From: the human T2T-CHM13v2.0 reference genome, Homo sapiens
Length of the DNA: 64,000 bases
Reading direction: 5' to 3' (one strand)
NCBI RefSeq assembly: GCF_009914755.1
Contig: NC_060931.1
The notes under the pieces were generated by a model. It worked only from the letters and a program-made list of their open reading frames with translations. It was not told the origin of the DNA and made no database searches. Within the stretch, counting starts at the first letter, position 1; every line of letters begins with the position of its first letter. The position numbers and the translations under genes are program-made. This document shows, in pieces, positions 30,515 to 46,683 of the stretch.

Positions 30515-30811
30515 CTTTTTTTTTTTTTTTTTTGAGACAAGAGTCTTGCTCTGTCACCCACGCTGGAGGGCAGTGGTGCAATCTGGGTTCCCAGGTTCAA
30601 GCGATTCTTGTGCCTCAGCCTCCTGAGTAGTTGAAACTACAGGCGCCACCATGCCTGGCTAATTTTTGTATTTTATTTTATTTTTTTTAACTGGAGATGG
30701 GGTTGTTTACCATGTTGGCCAGGCTGGTCTCGAACTCCTGGCCTTAAGTGATCCTCCTGCCTCAGCCTCTGAAAGTGCTGGGATTACAGGTGTGAGTCAC
30801 TGCGCCCAGCC
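30515..30811 (-). mobile_element. Alu with internal deletions
   Basis: Alu consensus blocks. Confidence 0.85.
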
Positions 30812-32196
30812 CCTTATTGTTCCTTTGCAATCGCTTGGCAAAAGCACAGTCCAGCTCTGCCTATTGCACACCTGCCCCTCTGCACCTGAAGGTGGCTGGA
30901 GAGAAATGCTCTTTGTGATGACTCTATTTAAAATTACAACCCTCTGGACTCTGTAGCCTCTGTCCTTACTTTATTATCATCCAACAAATCACCCATTTTA
31001 AAATATAAATATATTTGTTGCCTGTTTCCCCTCACTAGAGGGTATGGGATTTTGTCTATTTTGTTCACTGTTGTATTCTCAGTGCCTAGTATCATGCCCC
31101 TTCCTGTTTGTCAAATGAATAAATAATCCCACAGGAACACATTACCTGCCCTGGTCACTAAGCTCTATTCTTTTCAAATAGAGTGCCTACAAAATCCTTC
31201 CTTTTCTAATAGGGTGAATCTAGAGTTTATTTGTGGTTCTCGGTCTTGGCTAATGATCAGAAAGTAGATGTTGACTTCTGTCTCCACCACACCCTCCCCT
31301 TATCCCTGAGGAGTCCCTGTTTGGGCCTGGACGAAGCTATTTTTTAATTGATCTCAGCGAGTGCTGTCCCCTACCTCCCCCACACCTTAGCCCTTCAAAG
31401 CTTTCTTGCCTAGACAAACAGCCAGAGGCACTCCAATGGAGTAGCCTGCCTTTGTTTGGCAGCCCGACCTTCTCTTTGACTTTCTGTAATCTGGGTTAAA
31501 AGTCTCTTTCTTCTTCTTTCCTCCCATCCCTCCGATATGTTCAGTAGTATGGTATTCAGGCTAATCATGCTTTCCCCAGAACTGTGCATAGCATTTGTGG
31601 CAAAGAGCTTGTTGGAAAGGATTCAAGCTGCAGACCATCTCAAGCCAAACTCCAACTGTATTTTTAATGAATCAGTTGAAGCAACTCGATGGAAAGGACG
31701 GTGGGTGTGGAAAGGAAAAGCTCTCGTTTGTAAAAGATCTTTTGCCAGATCTGACTGATGTCATTTACTTTTTGACTCCTGGGCCAGCCCTCTGGAAACA
31801 GAGTGCTATTCTGAGCGAGCCAGGGTCTCGGCCCTGTGCGTGGGGGTCCTCTGGGAGAGCTCCTGAAAGGGCTCTGGCAGCCAGCTCCTCTTGGCTGGAA
31901 AGCTCCACCATGTAGGGGGGAGCTTGGGGCTGCCGGGAGCAGGTGAGTGGCCCATGGGGGATGGAGAAATATGCAGAGCGGATGAATGAGGACGGGGCAC
32001 TCTGCCAGCAGATGGACCTGGGGGATCAAATTCAACTCTGCCCTTGCAGCTGGGGGAGCTGGGTCACTTCACTTCTTGCCTCACTCTCCAATTTTCTAAC
32101 CTGTAAATGGTTAGGATAGCACCTGCCTCACAGAGTTACTATGGAGAGAGGAGATGGCTCTGTATGGGGCACTTGGGCAGTGAATACTTAAAACAA

Positions 32197-32446
32197 TTTT
32201 CTTTTTGGATACAGGGTCTTGCTCCATCATCCAGGCTGGAGTGAAGTGGCGCAATCATAGCTCTCTGCATCGTTGACCTCCTGGGCCTAAGTGATCCTAC
32301 CACCTTGATCTCCTTGCCTTAAGTGATCCTACCACCTTAACCTTCTGAGTAGCTGGGACTACAGGCATGTGCTGCTACACCCAGCTAATTTTTTTTTAAC
32401 TTTCCCCTGAGTCACTGGAATTATAGGCGTGCACCACCGTGCCCGG
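32197..32446 (-). mobile_element. Rearranged old Alu with an internal duplication
   Basis: TAAGTGATCCTACCACCTT occurs twice. Confidence 0.75.
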
Positions 32447-32630
32447 CAGTCAGTGAGTACTTACTGAGTACTGACCACAGGCCTTTCCCTCATGGAACAT
32501 TCATGACTGAGGACACACACAACCCTTAAATGGACACCTGAAAATGACATAAGGTCCACCAAAAAATGGAAGGGCTGCTCTATTAAACTACTTAAAAAAT
32601 AACTTGTATGTATTCAACAAAAGCATAGCT

Positions 32631-32682
32631 ATTCATATCCTTAATAGGTGCATATTTCATTCATATCCTTAATAGGTGCATA
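32631..32682. repeat. Period-28 tandem duplication ATTCATATCCTTAATAGGTGCATA x2
   Basis: 24 identical bases. Confidence 0.9.
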
Positions 32683-32764
32683 ATTCTTTCTCAAGTCTGG
32701 CTAGTCCTCCCCCTTCCAGTGGTGCCCTGGCAGGACCTGGTATGTGCTGGGACGTGGGCCACCT

Positions 32765-32812
32765 GTGTGTGTGTGTGTGTGTTTCTGTGTGTGTGTATGT
32801 GTGTGTGTGTGT
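32765..32812. repeat. Interrupted (TG)n microsatellite
   Basis: Directly visible. Confidence 0.9.
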
Positions 32813-34057
32813 AGATGTGGCTTTCCTGGCTTGGCCACAGGTGAGTCATTTGGTCTTCATCAAACTGGTGGGGCTGGAATGGGTGATCCTGGATCCTGGC
32901 ATGGAAAGCTGCCTCCCAGGGTGGAATCCTAGAGAGCGCTTAGGGAAAGGCTGGGAGGATGGTAGGAAAAAGACAGTGCTAACAACAAGGCGCATATTGC
33001 CTGTGGGTTTACATCTACATTTACATTTTGGAGCAGGAGGGTGGGAGGATGGACACGGGGTAGTGGTGGGGCTGGGGGCCAAAGGGCAGGGGGTGGAAGA
33101 GGAAAAGCTCTGGAAGAGATTGCCCTAAGACTGTTTCCAAAGGGAGTACTTTGAATTGAGGCTGGAGGTAGGGTGGGGGTAAGGATGAAGGTGAAATGAA
33201 TAATACATTTGGAAAAACTTACTCATTTGGGTGTGACTCCTATTCAGTCTTGAAAAAAAAGATGGCAAGAATTGTGTATTTCTTTTATAATTAGAAAAAA
33301 ATGTTAAAAATGAAAAAAAAATCAACTACGCGGAAGACATTTGATGATGGTTGGAGGGACTCTGTATCATTTGTTGACTCAGCGCTGACTTGAGCCATTA
33401 ATCTAGCACGTCACATCCGCTGCCTCATAGTGACCTCGGTTTGGCTGGCTTTGAGTCAGTGGATTGTGAACTCACTGTGGAAAGACCTTCCCCAATGCGG
33501 AAGGACATGGCCCGGAGAAGTTGCTCCCAGAATGTTGCTGTAGATTCCCCTGTTAAGAGCCTTAAACTTCCTTTAATGAAAAATTTTTATTTTTCAAAAA
33601 CTGGTAGGCAATAGCTAATATTTATATTGTGCTTTGTCATTTACAAAGTATTTTCATCTATATTTTTGAATATGACCCTCACAGTAATAGCATGAGGGTT
33701 TTATTGATGTGATGGATGTTAATGTCACCCGTTAGTGAACTAAAGCTCAGAGAGGTTAAGAGACTTGTCTGAGATCACATTGCCAAATAGAGATGGAACT
33801 TAAACCAGGACCCTTGCAGAGTAGCTCATGATGTGGCTATCGTGTTTACAAACCATATTGCAAGTCAAATAATCCCTTTTGGCTTTGTAATAGCCTGTGC
33901 CTTAGGAAGAGTGGGCACTGTTACCCTGTTTAATAAGCAAATCCCCAGTGTGACAAAGAGGGGAGTGACAGAACCCAACTCCAAGATCTCTTTGCTTTTT
34001 ACTTCCAAGTGCTACCTCAAAGTTTGTGCACACAATGAAAAGGGAGGTGTGAAAACA

Positions 34058-34600
<543 letters not shown>

Positions 34601-35767
34601 GAAAAGGGAGGGGTGTACGTGTGTATGTGCATGTGTATGCAAGGTTGTTATGAGAAAAATGAAGAATGCTGTATTATTTGTTTCTGGGCAACGATCACTT
34701 CACAGCTCAGCTCAAAAGACTTATATCCCTGTTAGAGATGTAAGTCCCTAATGTCACGTTTAACCATGAGGAAATAAAACCCAGCATAAGTACAGTAGCT
34801 TTTGCCTCCCTCCCATTTCAGATCCTTCTCTCGCGCTGCTCTATCCCCACTCCGGCCACTCCTTCCTTCCCTGACACTGTCCTTGAGAAGCAAGCAGGAG
34901 GCGCATCCATGCCACCATGCCAGTTGCCTTCCAATTTTGCATCTCTAGAAACACCTACTGGCCTGACTTGAAGGAGCCTGTTCTTCTTGCGGTTCTTTCT
35001 AGGAGAGTGAACTCAGTTGACTTTAGGCAGTGGAAAGATTTCCGTTCATATTGGTGAAGAGTGGGCAGTGCCGTGGGTCCCTCCTTTCCTAACAGTGATA
35101 AACTCTGGCTCGAGGTGCTCCCAGTGTCTACCAAGCAGAGCCACTCCCAGGGAAATGGAGAAAAGATGCCATCCAGCTAGGAGGAACTACATCCTGAGGG
35201 AGAGGAAGTCAGTGATAAGAGAACAGCCTTTGCTGGGGCCCCTTCCTTTGTGAGGAGGTGGCGGAGCTGGTGGGTGCAGTGGAGGTTGAAGGGTTGCTCT
35301 CCTCACCTGCCCACCTCTGGCTGCAGAGATGCATCCCCTCCCGGTGAGGAGGCAACGTTCTGCAGAGCTTCTGCTCTGGTTCCCCCAGGGAGCAGGCCTT
35401 TGGCATCCCAGTGCCCATCACTCCATCATTTTAGCAGCAGGTCTCAGCACCTGCTCTCCAGACGGTCTGGCCCAACTGCTGCAGGTGGTGGGGGCAGTCG
35501 AAGAAATGAGTTCTACTTTCTATGAAGCAGAAATGAGTTCTCTCTGGGATGCCAGAAAGGGGTACTCTCTGGGTTCTCCACCTCAACCTAATTCCCTCAG
35601 GAGCTTTGATTTTTTCCAGTGTCATTTCCCCATCACCCTCTAAGAAGGGGGAACACGTCAAGAAGCATCAAGGAATTGACAGAGATTAGACAAAAGGAGA
35701 GTGCGGGGCTTCTAATGTCCTTCCCTCCAAATTTTGAATTGCATTGAAGAAAGTATAATGAGCATCA

Positions 35768-35902
<135 letters not shown>

Positions 35903-36139
35903 TCAAGCCCAGTGGAACCCCAGTAGCTGCAGGTATGCCCGTGCCGTTCTTCCCAGTGAGATGATGGAGTGCTTCCCTCCCTTCCTTTTGCAGACGTGCA
36001 GAAATGCCTACTCTGCCTCAGAAGGCTGGAGGCTGAAGGCTGCGTCCTGGGTGGGACAGGAGTCGGTACCTCTCTTCATTTGACGCTCTCTGGGATTGGG
36101 GAACTGGCCTTCCACAGAGAGACTCTGTTTTTGAGCACA

Positions 36140-36200
36140 TCTGGAGTGACTCACGGGGCATGTGATCTCCTTGGCAGTGGGGCGGATAAATATAATTTCT
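36140..36200 (-). promoter_or_regulatory. Candidate FAM180A core promoter
   Basis: TATA-like TATATTTAT on the minus strand at about 36186-36194; GC box GGGGCGG 36179-85; AP-1 TGACTCA 36147-53; about 300 nt upstream of the ATG. Confidence 0.45.
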
Positions 36201-36627
36201 GTACTTGAGTTCCATGTGTTGGATGCACCCACTGGAATTTTTCTTTAACAAACAGACCCGCGGAACTTGTTAGAGAGCCCGGCGAAGAGTTGGCTGCTCT
36301 CCCCGTCCACACATACGATACCAGAGCCAGGGGCGAGGGCTGGAGGCAGAGTTGGGAGCCTGCCTGGCAGACACCAGGGCTGGTTGAGCCTAAGTTGCCT
36401 TCAGGACAGCAAAATCATTGTGGTGCCTGGGCTGAGTGTCACTGTTGCCTGGCCCTGGAGCTAGACTAGGACATTGGCGCCTAGAGCCTGTGTCTGGTCT
36501 GCCCAGGTTCTGGGTGGGTGGGGAGTTGGCAGGTTGTGACCGAGCCGAAGTGGAGAGGTGACATGGTGCATCGGTATTGTCTGTGTGAACGTGCGTAGGT
36601 AATGATCCAGGAGCCCACGGGGACCCC

Positions 36628-36744
36628 CAACTCACATTGGTGATGCTCCCATTTCTGGGCTGTGCCTAGACCTGGGGCCAAGCCCCACAACTCACATTGG
36701 TGATGCTCCCATTTCTGGGCTGTGCCTAGACCTGGGGCCAAGCC
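36628..36744. repeat. Period-60 tandem duplication upstream of FAM180A
   Basis: 36628-36684 is identical to 36688-36744. Confidence 0.95.
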
Positions 36745-37018
36745 ACTTTGATTTTCCCAAGCAAAATGGGAGTGTTTTTCCATAGTCGTTGTAATATACT
36801 GCCATAGACACCTTAATTCTTTCCCAATCACTTCCTCAACTTCTCTGAAATGATAGGGAATGCTAAAGCTTGAAGGACACTTAAAGATTATGTCATCCTG
36901 TGGGTTTTCCAGTTTGTGGAGGTGGTGCCCAGGGTGAATGGGCTCCCCAAGAGGGCTCCTCAAAGCTCTACTCTACTGCAAAAGCTCCTCTTTTATCTGC
37001 TATAAGAAGTTGTTTGGG

Positions 37019-37320
37019 AGCCGGGCATGGTGGTTCACGCCTGTAATCCCAACACTTTGGGAGGCCGAAGTGGGGGAATTGCTTGAGGCCAGAAGTTCAA
37101 GACCAACCTAGGGAAAATAGACCCTGTCTCTACAAAAAATTAAAAAATTAGCTGGGCGTGGTGGCATGTGCCTGTAGTCCTAGTCACTCAGGTGGCTGAG
37201 GCAGAAGGATTGTTTAGGCCCAGGAGTTCAAGGCTGCAGTGAGCTATGATCACAACACTCTACTCCAGCCTGGGTGACAGAGTAAGAACTTTCCTCTTAA
37301 AAAAATTAAAAAAAAAACAA
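37019..37320 (+). mobile_element. Alu (AluJ-like)
   Basis: Dimeric Alu. Confidence 0.88.
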
Positions 37321-37491
37321 CCAGTTTTTTTGGGGGAAAAAATACTAGACTACAACATTTGAAAACCAGTACGCTCACTAATATTAATAATAGCTATTAG
37401 GTGCTTAATTTGCTTCAGACAGCGTGCTAGGTGCCCTCCTTGCATTAACTGATTTAATGCATCCACCGAACTAGGAGGTTAGGGCACTAGC

Positions 37492-38138
<647 letters not shown>

Positions 38139-38144
38139 CTAGAA

Positions 38145-38910
38145 GGTGAGAGGGCAGGCTCTGGGGCAAGATGCCTGTCTTTGTATCCCAGCTGTGCCAC
38201 TGACTAGCTGTGTGATATTGGTGGAGTTCCCTCATCTCTCTTGGGCTTGATTTTCTTCATCTATAGAATGGGGACAATAATAATTTCCTCTCATAGGGTT
38301 GTTTCAAGGAATCAATGCATTTTTTTTTAAGATAAAACATTTTGCTTTATTTTTCATTTGCCACATGCATATCTTGACTGTTTACACGGTTATCATTCAA
38401 TGTAGATACACAATTAATTGCTAAGAGAGAAATTAAATGCATTGCTGATGAATTTATTTTATTTACTTCATTCCAATAAGAAAAGCCACCATTCTTGAGG
38501 GGCTCACGGTTCTTTTCCATTTTCCTAACCCTTGAGTATACAGGGAGTAATCATACCTACACTGTCTCTGTTTCAAAAGGTGGTCGTAGATCTCAGCCAG
38601 GTAAAAATTTGAGATTTGACAATATTCCAAGTGTAAAGGGTTTTGATTTGGAAATAGGTTCTGTATTAAAAATGGCATAAATGATTATTTTTCTTCTTTA
38701 TGCTGCAGCACTTTAACTTGTAATTTCTTTTTTTTTTAATTATTATACTTTAAGTTTTAGGGTACACGTTCACAATGTGCAGGTTAGTTACATATGTATA
38801 CATGTGCCATGCTGGTGCGCTGCACCCACTAACTCGTATCAATGCATTAATACGTATAAATGTTGAGAATAATATCCGGTACATAGTAAGCATTGAATAT
38901 ATGTGAGCTC
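38145..38910 (+). mobile_element. MIR split by the L1 insertion
   Basis: MIR core at 38145-38321 continues seamlessly at 38849-38910. Confidence 0.75.
38311..38848 (-). mobile_element. 5'-truncated young L1 (L1PA2/3-like) carrying a roughly 400-bp 3' transduction, TSD-flanked
   Basis: TSD ATCAATGCATT at 38311-21 and 38838-48; L1 3' end 38738-38837; first poly(A) 38728-37; unique DNA 38329-38727 with AATAAA; second poly(A) 38320-28. Confidence 0.88.
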
Positions 38911-39019
38911 TATACACATGAAGAAACAGGCTCAGAGAAATCTATGTGATTTCAGAGCCCGCATGCAAAACCACTCCCCTCGCTTGCCTTAAAGCCTTAT
39001 ATTTTAGGAACTCCTTATT

Positions 39020-39210
39020 GGAGTGCTGGTAAACCAGTTCTAGAGGGGTGGGGAGAAACTTTCATTTGTAGTGCCTGCCAATTCCCCTGGTGAAAATACT
39101 CATGGCTGATTTCAAGCTACTGATACTTTAACAAGTGGCTTGCAAAGTTTCTGAAATATTAACAATCGGCTCTCAGGAAGTCCGTAAGAGCTGGCTCCAA
39201 CACACAATGG
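39020..39210. mobile_element. MER63-like hAT MITE
   Basis: GTGCTGGTAAA...CATGGCTGATTTCAAGCTAC...GAGCTGGCTCCAACACAC. Confidence 0.55.
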
Positions 39211-39951
39211 CCTCTACTCATCAGATTAGTCTTACTGGCTCTAACTATCTTTGCTTCTGGTGTAATGTTTTCTTTTTGTACTTTGTAAATCTGCAAGGAT
39301 TGCCCAAAGGACCTAGCACGGGGTAGCAAGCACCCTGCAGTTGCCCATTGAATACTTGTTGATTGATGCTGAAGCCAAGAAGACTCAGGCCTCCCTGCTG
39401 TCCTGCCGACACTCTTGTGAGTGAGGACGATGGACGTGGCTTGCCAGGCCATGGGGAATCCAGGACCAGAAATCACCATTTTGGCCTCCAGTCCCAGACT
39501 TTTCGAATCTGTAGGCTCAAATCTCCAAATTGTCACCTGCTAATTACTAAACTGGGGTGAGGATTAGCTTTTGGACTTGGGCTGGGAATGAATGTGTTTG
39601 TAACTAATTTCATTTCCTAAGATGATGAGTCAGGCCTTCTCTCTCACCACTACACCTTGGCACCAGGAGGCGAACATCTACAGCTTCTCAAGGGGCCTGA
39701 TTGAAGTCTCGGGAAGGCCTGGCCTAGTATACAGTACTGATTTTTTTCTCTCCCCATGTTTTCCTTGTTCCCGCTACGATCCTGAGTGCACTGGTTGAGA
39801 CTGGTAAGGAAATGAATAACACTGCCTTTTGTAGCAGAGCACAGTAAAATCATGACAGTGGAGCTTCTGAGAGCTATTGATTATGTAAGGAATACTTTAG
39901 GGGGAGGTGTTCTACTGAAGGCAATAGTTGTCCAATACATCTTCACTCTGA

Positions 39952-40272
<321 letters not shown>

Positions 40273-40524
40273 CGCCTACCTGTATTTCTTAGTCAATTTT
40301 CCAGCTTAGTTACATCTACCATTTACTGAGTTCTGACTACACATCTCATTTTATGTCATTCAGTTTTCCCAGGAGTTCTATTCGGTAGATACTAAAATAG
40401 GGTCCATTTAACATATGGCAACCTGAAGCTTAGAAAGGATAAGTAACGAGGGTCACACAACTACTGTATGGTAGACACTTCCATATGCTGCCTAGCAGGG
40501 GCTGAGATGAAAATGAGAAAACCA

Positions 40525-40880
<356 letters not shown>

Positions 40881-41029
40881 CCAATAAAGTGGCTGTGGCT
40901 TCTAGACATGGGAAGTGCAATGCATTGGAGGGAATTCTGGTCTGGGCCCTTCTCATGGTAATGCGGGGGAAGATTCTGCTCTCTCTGAGGCAGAATCACA
41001 AAAGTGGCTCAGTCAATACCCTTTTGTTT

Positions 41030-42096
<1,067 letters not shown>

Positions 42097-43889
42097 TTTA
42101 GGGGTATCCCCAGCCTAGTTGGAGAGCTCAGGAGCAGGGCCTTATGGTTTCTGTGGAGAAAGCTTGAGAGCGAGGCGAGTGCTGGGCATTGCTACGACTT
42201 GGTTTCTACAGAGGTTTGCTTCCTCTTTGCCCTCGGATATAAGCTGCTGTTCTCTCCCTACCTGCCTGGGGAATGGCTCTTGCTCTGTAATTGGAGGGAT
42301 CTCTTCTGCATTGGGTTCTCTGCTGTGGCCTGCAGCTGTGGGGATGGCAGATGGCAGAAATTCTTTTTGGAGAGAAGAGTCACTTGTGGATTGGGGTATT
42401 CCCATCATTGGAGGGACATACGGACACAGTGACAGAACTCTTCTGGGTTTTCTCCCTTAGCTAACAGGACACCTAAGATCCCCTCTTTGGTTGACTTCAT
42501 TCATGGGTAAATGAATGTTTCCAAACTAGAAACAAGATTGACTTGGAGTTCTGTCTCCATCATGCTCCTATTCATTCATTTACAGTCTTGCGGCACTGTT
42601 CTGTTTCCCTCATGAGGAGAGGGAAAGGAGTCCTGGGTTTTTAAGCGTTAGGACGTTTGTGTCCAGCTTCAAGCCTTCCCCTCTGGCTCAGTCCCCAGGT
42701 TCTGAGTCCTGTGAAGCCTCCCTTTTTGTCTGTGCAGCCAGCACCTTTGGCTGGATTCTATTTTAAGGCTGTAAGTGAGGTAATTGGGTATGACAACACA
42801 AACACAGCTGTAATTATGAAGTGCCAGCCTCCAAAGCAGAGAAGTCATCTGGCCCTCAAGGGTTGCCAGCATACGACTCGGTGATACGTGCGCGCCTCTG
42901 CCAGGCCGGGCCAGAACATCCACCTGCAACGTGGAGTCCACTGTGTATAGCATGTTCTGCGCCAGATCAAATAATCATTGGGGCAATTCAGTTCCTGTGT
43001 CTACGTGAGGCTTGAATATTGAGTTGTTGTTGCCAGCCCCGCTAGCCAGAGCAGTGATTCAGGAAAGTAAATGCTGGACCACCAATGGATGGGCCAATTG
43101 AACAAAGTGGGCCAGGTCTTTTCTCTGATGGAAACACCAACTGCCCTGGTGGAGCCTCTTAAGCCGTGTTTAGGTGTCCCTAAAGCATCTGCAATGCAAT
43201 CAGTTCAGCTTCTGGGCTTTGCACAGACCAAATGCCTGCGTAATCTCCACTCCATATGCAAGTGCTTTGTCTAGGGGAGGACAGGGAGATAAAAATTGCA
43301 GTTTTATTTGACTTGTCCCAAAGCCTTGGATCTTTGTATTTTCAGTTTAAAAATAACCGAGTTACACCCTTTGCTTATAGGTGCTTCTTTGTTTTTTTTG
43401 GCGGGGAGGGGTTTGAGGGAGGTTGCTAAAACAGGGACATGGTGTGAGTAGAAATTAAATGGAACACATTCTAGATGGTCCCACCTACCTCTCAGGCTTT
43501 TAAATTTTACTAATGATGCTACCAATTTCTTCCTCAAAATTATCCCCGTTCTCTTCAGACAACAAACATCCACTGGTGTCTACCATGCACAAACCACAGT
43601 AGGGCAAACGTAGGTGGTGGCAGTGCCCTCAGAGATTACAGTTTTTTCCTTCGTTAGCAAAAGGAACTGCCAATCAGTTTCTGTAGAGGCCAAACTAGAA
43701 GGGCGTGCCAGGGCAGATGTTGTGACTTCCTTATTTGCTAAAGAAGGCAGGCAACAGACCTGGAGAAAAGATGCAAAATGATTTCTTTGAGAAGCCTCTT
43801 TGGGTATGAAAAGCTCTGGGGAGAAGGTAGTGTAATGTACACAGGGACTCCCAGAGCATTCTGGGAAGGGAGGGCAGGGCATTCACTTC

Positions 43890-44310
43890 ATCAGTCAGGA
43901 TCTACAAGCTTCCACCATTTTAACAAATGACCCCGAAGTTCCAAGGGCTTACAACAAGAATCAGTAGAGGTTTATTTTTCATGCATGCAATGTATTCATC
44001 CTGGGTTGGCTATGGCTTTCCTCCATGTTGTCCTCATTCTGGGACCTGGGCTAATGCAGCAGCTTCTATATGAAGCACTGCTTGGTCATCATGGCAGAGG
44101 GAAAAAGGGTCAAGTAAACCATGCTCTGGCTCTCATAATTTCTGCTCAGAAGTGACACACATTCCACATTTCCATCCCCCCTGCCCCCAACCCATTTTAA
44201 TGGCTAAAGTAAGTCACAGGGCAGTTTCTGAGTCCAGCAGGGCAGGGATGTATACTTCTGCCACAGCATGGAAAGCTGGCATCATTGGTGAACAGGAATA
44301 CAATCTACTA
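43890..44310 (-). mobile_element. MLT1 (MaLR) LTR remnant
   Basis: GGTTTATTT, CATGGCAGAGGGAAAA, TCTGCTCAGAAGTGACACAC and GGCTAAAGTAAGTCACA blocks. Confidence 0.6.
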
Positions 44311-46683
44311 TAGGCATTTACACCCTCCCCTGTGATTCAGAACTAGGGAGATCTGTTGTGAATGGGCATCTGATTGGCTCCAACTGTGGCCAGTGGCAGA
44401 GACAGGCAACTGGATCCCCAGAATGAAGTTACTAGGAGGTTTGAGGTGGTTAGACTGATGGATACTTAGACAGGGAGAGCTGATAAATCCACCTGACTGA
44501 GGCAGGAGAGAAGGGAGAAATGGTTCTGGATCTGTGAGGTACTTGCTGAACCCCATCCCGATCCAGGTCTCTTGGGGTCTGCTCACCCAGGGAAGTAGCT
44601 GAAAGAGTCCTTGTGGGAAGGGGCTTAGATCTTTAGCGTAGTTTTCTTGACTGAGCATAGCCCTGGAGGGTCACTACTGTGGCTTCCAGGGAGTATGTTG
44701 TCTATCTTGACTACATACCCAGCTACCAGCCTGCTGCTGTTGTTGGCAGAGCTGGATAGGGATGAATAAGTTTTGATCCCTCTCTGACTTCTCATTTCCT
44801 TTGCATTTTTTCCTCCCATTTCCTATCTATCTTACCTACTGGTAAGAATGCAGGTACTTTTGGATATATAAAAGCAAAGGAGTTGGAATTTTGTAAAATA
44901 CAGAATTAAATAAAAATATAGGATTTCCGGCTGCTACCAGCTTTTGAAGGCTCAAACCTTGCATCTGGGACCTGCTTGAAGTATGCTGTTTACGCTGCAA
45001 ACTATAAAGAGGGACATCTCTGTTACATAAACATGGATAAGTCACAGTTCCTCAAAAAATTAAGACCTCGAGGGCTAGAAGTATAATTTGGAAAAAACCT
45101 CAAAATCATAGCAATATTTGCTCAGATGTTAAGTATGAGAGACAAACAAACCCTCTGTACTAATTGACTGAGATGTTGGGGATGTTTGTTGCAGCACCTA
45201 GCCTGCCCTGACTAATACACTGTGTCTGTGTGTGGTGGGAGTTGGGTCAGAGAGGTGGAGTTGGTGGGGCAACAGAATGGAGTGATTCCAGAAGGAATTT
45301 TCCAGAATGGAACGTTCCCTGAGGTAAGCATCTTGGCTGCTGTCTGGCTGGATTACATAGAAGGAGAGGACTTCGTGCAGCCTGTAGTGAGGGAGTGGTT
45401 GGTGTCTTGGCAAGTTAATCCCACCTTCTTGCCTGAACTCTTGCCAAATGGGATTCGATGAATGGATGTGAACATATGCTGTGATTTGCAATAAGAGGCT
45501 GGCGGGCTTGTGCCCAGAGCCAGTGGGTGCCTGGACTGGGGACTCAGGAGAAATAGTCAGGGAGGAGTTGGAAACTCCTGTTCCTGCTCCCGGCAGGCTT
45601 CGGGAAGACGGGCTAGTTATGCAGAGAATTTCCTGCCTTTGCAGTTCTTCTTGCCAATAACCACAGCTTAGCAAATTCACCTCCTGGCCACTTTTGGTGA
45701 ATTTTTAAAAAATATCTCAGAAACTCTTTTTAGGTTTGCCTTTAAAATTTAAATCCAGTCTAGGACTGGGTCATTTCCGAATCAGATTTTGGGTAAATAA
45801 CTGACAACTGGCTTATTTTCATCCACGACGAAAATGGAAGAAACTCCTTTTCTTTTCCTCTTAATTTAGAAATGCCGGGGAAAGAATTTGTTCTTGAAAG
45901 AACAAGAGGTGGGTGGAGGGCGGGGAGAGGTTAGAAAAAAATACCCTGGTTTTCAGATGACGCCTCCAGAGCCCTGGCTGGCCGGGGCTGATTGGGGTGG
46001 GTGAGGCTGTCAGGAGCTGATTCTACACAGTGTTGTCATTTTAAGAAAAGGGCGAGACCAGCTTAGGGAAAGGAAGGGAAAGGAGTCAAGCATAATGACA
46101 GACAAGCACCACCCCTGCCTGTTGTGAGGATGAGAGATTGGCAGCTCAGGGACTACCACTGCTCATTAGGATCCCAGGGAGGAATTTCATTCCCTACCTT
46201 GGTAAAGCCAAGTGGGTGGGGTGAGGGAGGTTCGGGTCTTGATGTGAAGGATCTGGAGAAAATAATGGTGCATTAGGCCAGCTGGAGAGCAGATAAGGTC
46301 TTCCTGGGCTATATGTGGGGTAAGGTGAGGAACCAATAGTACCTAAAGGTGGGATACAGGAATCTAAATGGCTTGAGTATAAAGGCTGTTTAGTTGTAAC
46401 AGCTACATCTGTGTGTCCTCTCCCCATTCCCCCATCCCCTTTTCTTTTTTCTGTGAACTCATAAAGAGCCTTGGAGATCGGCAGACAGGAGACCAAGTAG
46501 GAAAAGGGATAGAAGAGGAGGGGAGAGGAGAAGAGAGATCAGGGCTGAGCCAAGAGGGATGAGAGAAGACAGAGAGGGGATGGGATGGAATCTGTGTGCC
46601 TCACCGCCCTGTCCATAGTATTTTTGGTTGCAGTCTTAGGTGTGATGAGGGTAGGACTTCAGTGTTTGGATGGTATACACCAT

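Noticed and set aside
36628-36744. Possible CRISPR-like repeat
   Set aside because: Two adjacent copies with no unique spacers, in eukaryotic DNA; a simple tandem duplication
38329-38727. Processed pseudogene interpretation of the inserted segment
   Set aside because: No ORF or recognisable mRNA, and it lies directly 3' of an L1 tail within the same TSD pair, which fits transduction better
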